Part shown: in pieces, positions 8,161 to 15,472 of the stretch
Position numbering within the stretch: position 1 is the stretch's first letter
How the letters are laid out: every line of letters starts with the position of its first letter
Assembly: GCA_030587475.2 (NCBI GenBank)
Contig: JAUQYZ020000138.1
Span: forward strand, 1 to 20,611
Length of the DNA stretch: 20,611 bases
DNA from: Candidatus Sigynarchaeum calidifontis
GTDB taxonomy: Archaea > Asgardarchaeota > Lokiarchaeia > Sigyniarchaeales > Sigyniarchaeaceae
Direction: 5' to 3'
Program-made: the position numbers and the translations under genes
The notes under the pieces: generated by a model
What the model saw: only the letters and a program-made list of their open reading frames with translations
Databases searched by the model: none
Told to the model about the DNA's origin: nothing

Positions 8161-9675
8161 ATGATTACTATGAACATGCCGACCATGCAAGAGGCTCAAG
8201 CTGCCGTTGACTCGGCAAGTCAAATGGCAGCCAAGGATCCAAACCGGCCAATATTTCACGCAATATGCCCGGGGAACTGGATGAACGACCCGAACGGCCC
8301 GATCCTCGTCGGAGACGAGGTGCACGTGTTCTACCAGCATCATCCGTTCAAGGCCGACTGGGGACCGATGTACTGGGGACACATGAAGAGCAAGGACCTC
8401 GTGCACTGGACGCATCTCCCGATCGCGTTTGGCCCGTCGTGGGAGAAGGGCGAGAACGGCTGCTGGTCCGGCTCGTGCATCGCCGGGCCTGGCGGGCTCC
8501 CGCATGCCATGTACACGAGCGTGGGGATCGATAGGCCCGCGCTTGACAAGTCGGAACAGTGGCTCGTCGTGGGCTCCAAGGACATGTCACGGTGGGAAAA
8601 ATCGCCCGTCAACCCGGTCATGACCCACGAGCTCCACGGGAAGCTGTGCATCGAGGATTGGCGTGACCCGTTCGCGTGGCGTGCAAGTGAAGAAGCATAT
8701 TACTGCGTCGTGGGCGGCCATCTCGTACAAGACGGGAAGCCCAAGCATAACCCAGCCGTGTTTCTCTACAAGTCGCCCGACATGGTGCACTGGACGTTCC
8801 TCGGGCCCATGTATACCCGTTTCAAGGGCATGGCAGACACGGCGGTCGGGCCTGGCGTGAACCTCGGTACAAACTGGGAATGCCCGCTGTTCTTCCCGCT
8901 CGGCGACAAGCACGTGCTCGAGGTTTCGGTCAACGGCACGGCGTACACGATCGGCACGTTCAAGGACGAGAAGTTCACGGCGCCGGGGAAATGGTGGCCA
9001 CTGGATTACAGCGACGTGTTCTACGCCCCGCACACGTTTGCGGACGCGAAAAGCCGTCGCATCGTTATTGGCTGGATCCGGACCGCCAAGCATCCTCACT
9101 GGGCCGGTTGCTTCAGCTTGCCCCGCATCTTGACCGATCTAGGCGACGGGAAGCTCGGTATCGTGCCGGTGCCCGAACTCGACGCGCTGCACGGCAAGCA
9201 TGTCCATGTAGATCAAGTCGTGATCCGCCCAGGCCGGGCACTGCCCCTGATCTCGAGCAAGCCGCTCGCGGCGGTTTCTAGCAGCCGGGCCATCGAGCTG
9301 CGCTTCACGATGCCCCTGGTCAAGTCGGTTCATGGCGAGCTCGCCCCGCCCCCGTTCGAGCTGGAACTTTACGAGCCAATCGAAGGCAAGCAATCATTCA
9401 TCAGCTGCCTCGGGTACGAGCCGGAGGAGTCGCTGGTCTTCATCGGAAACAAGAGCGGCGCGTTCCACGCGGAAGATGACGAGGATATCATCGAAGCACG
9501 TTTATTCATCGACCGGGGCGTCGTGGAGTTGTTCGTCAACGGCCGGTGGGCGCTCACCAACGAGATCCCGGTCGAGCCGACGACCAAGCTCGTGCTCCTC
9601 GGGAAGGCATCCGAAGACGCCGCGGCCGTTTTCGAGGAGATCGATTGCTGGTCAATGGCATCGATCTGGGGATGA
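8161..9675 (+). CDS. Glycoside hydrolase family 32 (beta-fructofuranosidase/invertase-like)
   Basis: WMNDPNG (nucleophile Asp), WGH, WSGS, WRDPF, WECP (acid/base Glu), FYAPHTF, SLPR and a C-terminal beta-sandwich (IDRGVVELFVN). True start is among ATGs 8161/8170/8176/8185, not 7999. Confidence 0.95.
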   Translation: MITMNMPTMQEAQAAVDSASQMAAKDPNRPIFHAICPGNWMNDPNGPILVGDEVHVFYQHHPFKADWGPMYWGHMKSKDLVHWTHLPIAFGPSWEKGENGCWSGSCIAGPGGLPHAMYTSVGIDRPALDKSEQWLVVGSKDMSRWEKSPVNPVMTHELHGKLCIEDWRDPFAWRASEEAYYCVVGGHLVQDGKPKHNPAVFLYKSPDMVHWTFLGPMYTRFKGMADTAVGPGVNLGTNWECPLFFPLGDKHVLEVSVNGTAYTIGTFKDEKFTAPGKWWPLDYSDVFYAPHTFADAKSRRIVIGWIRTAKHPHWAGCFSLPRILTDLGDGKLGIVPVPELDALHGKHVHVDQVVIRPGRALPLISSKPLAAVSSSRAIELRFTMPLVKSVHGELAPPPFELELYEPIEGKQSFISCLGYEPEESLVFIGNKSGAFHAEDDEDIIEARLFIDRGVVELFVNGRWALTNEIPVEPTTKLVLLGKASEDAAAVFEEIDCWSMASIWG

Positions 9676-9692
9676 ATTCATCATGGAAGGAT

Positions 9693-11744
9693 TCATCGTT
9701 TTCGCCGCGCAACGACGATTACCGCCAGGGACACGACCGCGAAGGGGAACACTTGCAAGAGGTTCATGAGCCGGGACCGGGCCCGGTACGCGTCATGCCC
9801 CCCGCCCCGCAGCAGCTGGATGTACGACGTGGTCGTGTCCCAGTACATGAAGGGATCCATCTCCCCGGCAGGGTTGGTCCATGGCTCCGTCGCTCCCGAG
9901 ACCAGGCTGGTGTCGGCCGGCGCGACCGCGGTCTCCTCGGCGTACTCGTTGAACGAGTTGATGACCACGGCGCGTGGTAGCTTTGGCATGGCCATTACGA
10001 TCTCCCAGCAATGCTTGGCATAGAAGAACCCGTGCTGCCGGGACACCGGTTTCGCCCCCTTGTTATTGTTCCACCCGGGCATGACGAGCATGACCTCCTC
10101 GCCCGGGATACTGCCTTCCCTGATTTCCCACCCGTAGTTGTTCACTCCTGCTGGGCTGTGTGCCCATCGCAGCGTGAACTTGTTCACGTTAGCCTTCACC
10201 CCGGTCCACTGGTGCCACGCGTTTTCGTCCGATACTGAACAATAATTGATGAGCAGCGGCTTCCCGTCCAAGTAATAATAGTTCTTCACGCCGCCTTCTG
10301 TCGTGTTGGCAAATTGCCGCCAGACCTCGCCCGCCTCGGCTTCCAAGCTGGCCGGGTTGTGCGAGAACTGGTTCGCCCCGATGGCGAGGGCATATCGAAC
10401 CGGCCGGTGAGACGCGTTGCTGTTCCACGCGTCGATGCGCGAGACCAGGGCCTTGGCGCGCAGGAAGATGTATCCCTCATCGACGTAGAGGTTGTTGGTC
10501 TCGTCGAGGAGCAAGAAATCGATCCCGGCCGCGGCGATCATGGCAAGGTGCTCGTCGATGACCGATGCATTGCTGCTATCATATGTTCGGTACGACCCCA
10601 GGGTCAAGGGGCGGTACCTGATGTTCCACGCATCCCACGTGTCGTAGATGTTCTTCTTGATGAAGTAATAGGGCTGGACGTGCCACGTGCCGTTGCTACC
10701 GTAAAAGGCGACCGACGCGCTCCAGCCACGTGCATCCCCCGTCACGTTCCCGAGGAATTGCCGGTCTGAACCAGCGCCGAATCCCGTGTTCATGCAACCC
10801 TTGCCCCCGACATACCAATCCCCGGGCATGCCATCCCCGTTCACGTCACCATCAAAAAAAACAAACGCTTCCGGGAAGATCGCGGTGTTGAACAGGTTGA
10901 GCCGGGTGGCGATCATCTGGCTGGTCGATCCGGCACCATGGCCGGCGATCCATGATTGCGGATTCACGAACGCCGTGCCATTGGATTTTGCCACGCGCCA
11001 TTGCCCACCTAGATTGAAAAAGACAATCGCGTCATCCCGGCCATCGTTGTTGGTGTCTTCGACCATTTGGTTACCGGAATCGTTTCCAAAGCCACGGATC
11101 CATGCGGATCCCGTCGTGTTCAGAAACGACGTGCCATTCGACGTGGCAACCCACCACGTACCAACCGGGTTGTATATCGCGATGGCATCTCCCCGCCCGT
11201 CTCCGTTCACGTCACCGACCCGCTGGCAGGTCGAACCAAGGCCGAACGTGGCGATCCACGGCGTGTCACGATCGAACCCCGTGCCGTTGTTGACCCCAAC
11301 ACGCCACGTCCCGTTCGGGAAGTAGAAGACCGCATCCGGGCGGCGATCGGCGTTCACGTCGGCGAGGAACTGGGCGGATGAATTCACGCCCAACATGTGC
11401 CCCCAGGATCCCGCAGGGTGGAAGCCCGTCTTGCTTGAAATCGCGACGAAAAGCGACCCGTTCCCTGCATAGAACACCGCAGCATCGGCAACGCCGTCCA
11501 GGTTCACGTCGGCCACGAATTGCTTGGAGGAGCCGCTGCCGAAGCCGGCGATCCATGTCCGTGGAACGGGCGGGATCTTCGCGTACCAGGTGCTGTACCA
11601 GGCGCCGATGTCGGGCATATCTTGGCCCGACGTGGTTTGATGGGCTGACTCGATAGCCGGCACGAGATACAAGATGTTGAACACGACCAGGAAAAAACCG
11701 ACACGGAGCATCCGGGCACCGTGTTTGCTCATTGGTTTTATCAC
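9693..11744 (-). CDS. Secreted, C-terminally anchored GH99/GH71-like glycoside hydrolase containing FG-GAP/VCBS-like repeats
   Basis: Signal-like N-terminus; IGAWYSTWY; YRP..G...YDSSNASVIDEH..MI..AGIDF; YYYLDGKPLL; VMPGWN; VINSFNEYAEET (compare GH99 SFNEWHEG); C-terminal TM followed by RRKR. Start may be ATG 11732. Confidence 0.75.
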   Translation of the reverse strand: MIKPMSKHGARMLRVGFFLVVFNILYLVPAIESAHQTTSGQDMPDIGAWYSTWYAKIPPVPRTWIAGFGSGSSKQFVADVNLDGVADAAVFYAGNGSLFVAISSKTGFHPAGSWGHMLGVNSSAQFLADVNADRRPDAVFYFPNGTWRVGVNNGTGFDRDTPWIATFGLGSTCQRVGDVNGDGRGDAIAIYNPVGTWWVATSNGTSFLNTTGSAWIRGFGNDSGNQMVEDTNNDGRDDAIVFFNLGGQWRVAKSNGTAFVNPQSWIAGHGAGSTSQMIATRLNLFNTAIFPEAFVFFDGDVNGDGMPGDWYVGGKGCMNTGFGAGSDRQFLGNVTGDARGWSASVAFYGSNGTWHVQPYYFIKKNIYDTWDAWNIRYRPLTLGSYRTYDSSNASVIDEHLAMIAAAGIDFLLLDETNNLYVDEGYIFLRAKALVSRIDAWNSNASHRPVRYALAIGANQFSHNPASLEAEAGEVWRQFANTTEGGVKNYYYLDGKPLLINYCSVSDENAWHQWTGVKANVNKFTLRWAHSPAGVNNYGWEIREGSIPGEEVMLVMPGWNNNKGAKPVSRQHGFFYAKHCWEIVMAMPKLPRAVVINSFNEYAEETAVAPADTSLVSGATEPWTNPAGEMDPFMYWDTTTSYIQLLRGGGHDAYRARSRLMNLLQVFPFAVVSLAVIVVARRKR
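10671..11555 (-). repeat. Six FG-GAP/VCBS-like protein repeats of about 50 aa
   Basis: Recurring W..GFG.GS..Q.(V/L).D(V/T)N.DG..DA..F....G.W.V..S.G..F starting near aa 64, 114, 163, 215, 265 and 318. The last two are diverged. Confidence 0.85.
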
Positions 11745-11788
11745 GCTGACGTTTTTTCGACCGTGGCGATGTCGGCGCTGGCCTGAAA

Positions 11789-12577
11789 CTATCCTTTTAG
11801 CAATTCTGTTTTATGATTCAACAACATGGCCCCCAGCTCTTCTTCTTTTAACGCGACGCACAGGCTTGCGAGTTCGTCCAGTAGATGTTCCGATCCTTTC
11901 CAGATGTCCTTGTTCGGGGCCTTGCATTCCCACAAGTATATCATTTTCAAGAGAAGAGCCTCGATTTCCATGGCATTTTCGCTATTTCCGGTGGAGATCA
12001 AGGTATACCCGAGGTTTCGCAAGGTGTATGCCGTCCCCGGATGCCGCCACCCGAGGTGTCTCAGGGCCAACCAGAGGGCATGCCGCAAAGGCCCCATGGC
12101 TTCTAACAAGTCATTCGAATTGAACGAATCGTTTGCTTCCTGGTTTAACTGCAAGATCGCCGCCCGTGCCTGGTCAAAATCGTAGGTGTCCTCCGTGCTC
12201 CCCGTGTCGAAATTTTCATAACCGGTTTCAAGATCAACGGGCATCTTCATCGCGTCCGGGACATGGCGACTGAACTTGAATTGTTTTTTATCGGCCTCGT
12301 CCCTCGCATGTCCCGCGAGCCCATGCCGGTCATCGAGGGGATACACGAGCGTTAAGTTTGAATCTATTTCGATATTCGACGACTTTGCTTGCTCGAGCAC
12401 GCTTTGCACGGCCTCGGGGATGTTCTTGCAATCGGCCGCCGTGAGTAGCTTGGCATTATCTTCTTTCCCAGGTTCGGAATAGGCAAGAACCGCCCTCATC
12501 TTGTTTGCATCCTTGCTGTAAGGCACGTCGAGCCGAAGCCACAATCCTTTGAGCATAGAACCTCTCACGCTTTTCAT
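11789..12577 (-). CDS. Hypothetical protein with C-terminal TPR-like helices
   Basis: LRHALWLALRHLGWRHPGTAYTLRNLGYTL matches the LG..HP..A.tl.NL TPR_10/12-type pattern. N-terminal domain not recognised. Confidence 0.7.
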   Translation of the reverse strand: MKSVRGSMLKGLWLRLDVPYSKDANKMRAVLAYSEPGKEDNAKLLTAADCKNIPEAVQSVLEQAKSSNIEIDSNLTLVYPLDDRHGLAGHARDEADKKQFKFSRHVPDAMKMPVDLETGYENFDTGSTEDTYDFDQARAAILQLNQEANDSFNSNDLLEAMGPLRHALWLALRHLGWRHPGTAYTLRNLGYTLISTGNSENAMEIEALLLKMIYLWECKAPNKDIWKGSEHLLDELASLCVALKEEELGAMLLNHKTELLKG

Positions 12578-12766
12578 GCTAATAAAAGAATGATGCCTGG
12601 TCGACGGGACAATGCATCCAGCCCGACCTTGAAAGACTATCGATAGGGGGGAACGGTGTCATTCAAGCTTCCAGGGATAGTTATCGTTTCCCGGGACTAT
12701 CAACAACTTAATACACGTGGGTAAATTGCTTTCCAAAATTCCCCTTTCTCGATACGATTAGCGTAG

Positions 12767-13255
12767 GTGAACAAGTTGAAAAATCCAAAAGAGCGCGTTT
12801 TGAAGAAAGCCGAAGCGATCCAGGGCACGACCTTCCAGCCTGGCACATCGATCCGGTTGGATGACGAGGGCAATTTGGAGCGGGTGGAATTGGGCGCCGA
12901 TCAACAGGTGGCTGACGTGAATTTCGCCGCCTCCATGCCTTGGGTCTTTAAAAAGGGCACCACCTTGCAATACCAGGGCATCATTTTCAAGGCGCCCCAG
13001 GTCCCGAGCAAGATCACGATCCATGAACCCATGACCATATGGGGCATCGATTTCCCGGCCGAAACTTGCTTCGAGCCAGCGTCGGCGGCGGGTTCCATCG
13101 GAGACGAGGGCGTGAACGTCATCATGTTCATGCAAGCCCAGCTTGGTGAGGCAACCACCATCAAGGGTAAAGAGTTCCCGGCCTACGAGTACATCCAATT
13201 CTATGCCGATGGCAAGGTGATCTACCGGGAAAATGGCGAGGAAAAAGAGCTGTAG
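12767..13255 (+). CDS. Hypothetical acidic beta-hairpin repeat protein (MORN/YwqK-like)
   Basis: GTG start; internal repeats IQGTTFQPGTSIRL, VFKKGTTLQY, TIWGIDFPAETCF, TIKGKEFPAYEYIQF. Confidence 0.65.
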   Translation: MNKLKNPKERVLKKAEAIQGTTFQPGTSIRLDDEGNLERVELGADQQVADVNFAASMPWVFKKGTTLQYQGIIFKAPQVPSKITIHEPMTIWGIDFPAETCFEPASAAGSIGDEGVNVIMFMQAQLGEATTIKGKEFPAYEYIQFYADGKVIYRENGEEKEL

Positions 13256-13329
13256 GTTCTTCCCCCTCTGCCAACCCCACGCCAGTTCACCGCGTCGTCG
13301 TTTTGCCATGCTCACGAAATCCACTATCC

Positions 13330-13338
13330 TTTTTTTAT
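13330..13338 (+). promoter_or_regulatory. Candidate TATA box (TTTTTTTAT) for the Gfo/Idh/MocA gene
   Basis: Lies 23-31 bp upstream of ATG 13361 with no SD in between. It could alternatively be the T-tract terminator of the upstream gene. Confidence 0.4.
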
Positions 13339-13360
13339 CCCCCCGCGATATGCCCAAATT

Positions 13361-14479
13361 ATGCCAAAGAAAAAGAAGACGATCGCCATCTGTGGCTATG
13401 GCGGGATGGGCCACGCATGGGCTAGGGACATAAAAAACCATCCGGATTACGAGCTGCGCGGGATCATCGATACAGACACGGAGCTGCTGGAGAACATTCC
13501 AAAAATGAACTTGGGACTCGATGAAGACCAGGGGTACATCAGTCTCGAGGACATGGTGCGGTTCGGCGAGAAACCCGACGTCGTGGTCATCGCGACGCCG
13601 ATCCCGACGCACTCGGGCCTCGTGCGCGAGGCCATGGACCTCGGCGTGAACGTGATCTGCGAGAAGAACATGGCCAGCGATCTCCACCAGGCCAAGCAGA
13701 TGGTCCAGAAGGCAATCGATCATCCGGAACTATGCACCGCGGTCGGCACGCAATATCGTTATAGTCCGGTCAACTGGGCGGCCAAGAAGTTTTTTGAGCT
13801 GGATCCAAATCCCCTTGGCAAGCTCGGGATGATTCTCTGGGAAGATTGGGGATGGCGGGGCGAAAAAAGATGGTCCTGGCGCCGTTTCTTGCCAGATATT
13901 TACCTGGAGGACATGGCGGTCCACTGGTTCGACACGATGCGGTACATCACCGGGATGGACATAGTACAAGTCAAGGCTGACAATTTCATGCCCCGATACA
14001 GCGGCTGGTTCGGGAGTTCGACCGTCTTTGCAAACCTCGCGCTGGCCAAGCCGGAGCACTGGAAAGACCGGCACGAGTGGGTCTGGTGCCATTTCGCAGG
14101 AGATTGGCAACGCGGGCCAATAAAGAGCGATCGATCGAGCCGCCAGGAATTTTACTGCGCGAAGGGCTTTGCCAAGCTCGGCCAATGGGGTGTCGAGACG
14201 TTCAAATACAAGCAAATGGACGTCCAGAGCAACGACTTCGAGGAGGACGGGTTCCTCCTCGCCGACGCTGGCCCCATGGAAGGCATCGGCGACTTCCACG
14301 GCGACAGCATGATCCTCGAGATGATGAGCCGGGGCATCGACAGCGGCGGCGAGAAGCAGCCCGGCACGAATTTCAAGGAGGCCTTCAAGTCGTTCGTCGT
14401 CAGCGTCGCGTGCAAGGAGAGCTCGTTCCAGGGCACGTCGGTCTGGGTGCCCAAGTACTGGAAGGACTTTCTCGACTGA
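13361..14479 (+). CDS. Gfo/Idh/MocA family NAD(P)-dependent oxidoreductase
   Basis: IAICGYGGMG Rossmann motif, DVVVIATP...H, NVICEKN (variant of EKP), DMAVHWFD. Confidence 0.92.
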   Translation: MPKKKKTIAICGYGGMGHAWARDIKNHPDYELRGIIDTDTELLENIPKMNLGLDEDQGYISLEDMVRFGEKPDVVVIATPIPTHSGLVREAMDLGVNVICEKNMASDLHQAKQMVQKAIDHPELCTAVGTQYRYSPVNWAAKKFFELDPNPLGKLGMILWEDWGWRGEKRWSWRRFLPDIYLEDMAVHWFDTMRYITGMDIVQVKADNFMPRYSGWFGSSTVFANLALAKPEHWKDRHEWVWCHFAGDWQRGPIKSDRSSRQEFYCAKGFAKLGQWGVETFKYKQMDVQSNDFEEDGFLLADAGPMEGIGDFHGDSMILEMMSRGIDSGGEKQPGTNFKEAFKSFVVSVACKESSFQGTSVWVPKYWKDFLD

Positions 14480-14494
14480 GCCGGGTTGGAAGAG

Positions 14495-14682
14495 ATGACG
14501 ACCTTCCCGAAGCACATGGTCAAGCGCGCCTCGTCCCCGAGGACGCGGTCAAGGTCGTGGATGAGGAGATCCAGGGAAATGTTTCAAGACAGGCGAGATG
14601 CACGCGCTCGATGGTGACTATGCAACACCCCCCGAAGAAGGAGAACCTCTTGATCGGCGCGCTCGGGCGGAATATCAATTAA
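14495..14682 (+). pseudogene. Possible frameshifted remnant of a small hypothetical gene
   Basis: ATG 14495 reads MTTFPKHMVKR. Removing one GC from the GCGCGC run at 14524-14529 continues LVPEDAVKVVDEEIQG with coding-like G/C third positions to TAA 14682. Confidence 0.35.
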
Positions 14683-14703
14683 ACAAGTAATTCATCATTC
14701 TCT

Positions 14704-15006
14704 TCACTTTGCCGGGGAGCTATCCCCCCATGGTGCCCGACCAGCCCCCGCTTCCTTATCACGGGCCTTTCGTCCGGTGTAAAAGGCGAGCGCACCAGCA
14801 ATAGACAGCGCGATCCCGAACGCGAACACGATCACCCACGGGATCAGCTCGGGGGAACAAGGAACTTCACGGCCAGGCCGGATGTGGCATGTTTGCGTTT
14901 TCGGGCTGTCCCAATACACGCCCATGCCGATGCTGCCAGGAACGAGCAAAACCACGCCCGCCACGAGCAAGACCCGCCCCAATTTCATGTCTGTCGTCAA
15001 TTTCAA
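14704..15006 (-). CDS. Small two-TM membrane protein with a Cys pair in the loop
   Basis: AGGAGG (15020-15015) lies 8 nt before TTG 15006; two hydrophobic helices flank TCHIRPGREVPC. Confidence 0.7.
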   Translation of the reverse strand: MKLTTDMKLGRVLLVAGVVLLVPGSIGMGVYWDSPKTQTCHIRPGREVPCSPELIPWVIVFAFGIALSIAGALAFYTGRKARDKEAGAGRAPWGDSSPAK

Positions 15007-15094
15007 CGGCCACGCCTCCTCGAGTTTGTCTCCGTGATCTCCTTCCCGGCCGTCCCCATATTAATGTAACATCGTGGCCTTGCCGCGTTCCGCA

Positions 15095-15361
15095 TCAGAG
15101 TTTCAACTTGTCGATGAGATCCCCGGCGATTTTTCCCGTGTACTCGTCGATTTCGGGAGTGATGGGGCATACGATGCCACTCTTGCTGATGATCTCGAGC
15201 AACTCGTCTGGTTGGATGCCGGTTAACAAGAGAATTTTCTTTATTCCTATTTTTCCTTGCTCGTAATCCTTCAGTAAAACAGGAAGTGTTTTTTCCCTGA
15301 TATTTTCCAGGAGAAGTTTTTTAACGTAGACGGCCTTCGGTATGGCCATCCGATCAGACAT
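15095..15361 (-). CDS. UPF0175-like / antitoxin-like small protein, possibly N-terminally truncated
   Basis: DYEQGKIGIKKILLLTGIQPDELLEIISKSGI resembles the UPF0175 Y..gkis......l.g....e....l...gi pattern. First ATG at 15361; the ORF extends to TTG 15394 inside the palindrome. Confidence 0.55.
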   Translation of the reverse strand: MSDRMAIPKAVYVKKLLLENIREKTLPVLLKDYEQGKIGIKKILLLTGIQPDELLEIISKSGIVCPITPEIDEYTGKIAGDLIDKLKL

Positions 15362-15419
15362 GTACTTGACCTTGTACTTGTACAAGTTGTACAACTTGTA
15401 CTTGAACTTCTAAGAAGTT
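15361..15419. promoter_or_regulatory. Palindrome/direct-repeat cluster, candidate operator
   Basis: Perfect 22-bp palindrome GTACAAGTTGTACAACTTGTAC (15380-15401), overlapping 12-bp ACTTGTACAAGT (15376-15387), AACTTCT-A-AGAAGTT (15405-15419) and five TGTAC copies on the + strand. Confidence 0.7.
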
Positions 15420-15472
15420 TGGTATAGTAACCTGATCACTATTCCCTTGTTAACAGTCCAATCCCGACCTTA

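Noticed and set aside
12578-12766. GACTATC/GATAGT short repeats in the divergent intergenic region
   Set aside because: Only 6-7 bp with irregular spacing, not distinguishable from chance.
12758-14515. Antisense ORFs of 321 and 261 aa
   Set aside because: Mirror frames of the repeat protein and Gfo/Idh/MocA genes, with no independent motifs.
15361-15419. Possible mini-CRISPR or tRNA-like structure
   Set aside because: The repeats are 5-8 bp and nested, with no spacers and no cloverleaf. Treated as an operator-like palindrome cluster instead.
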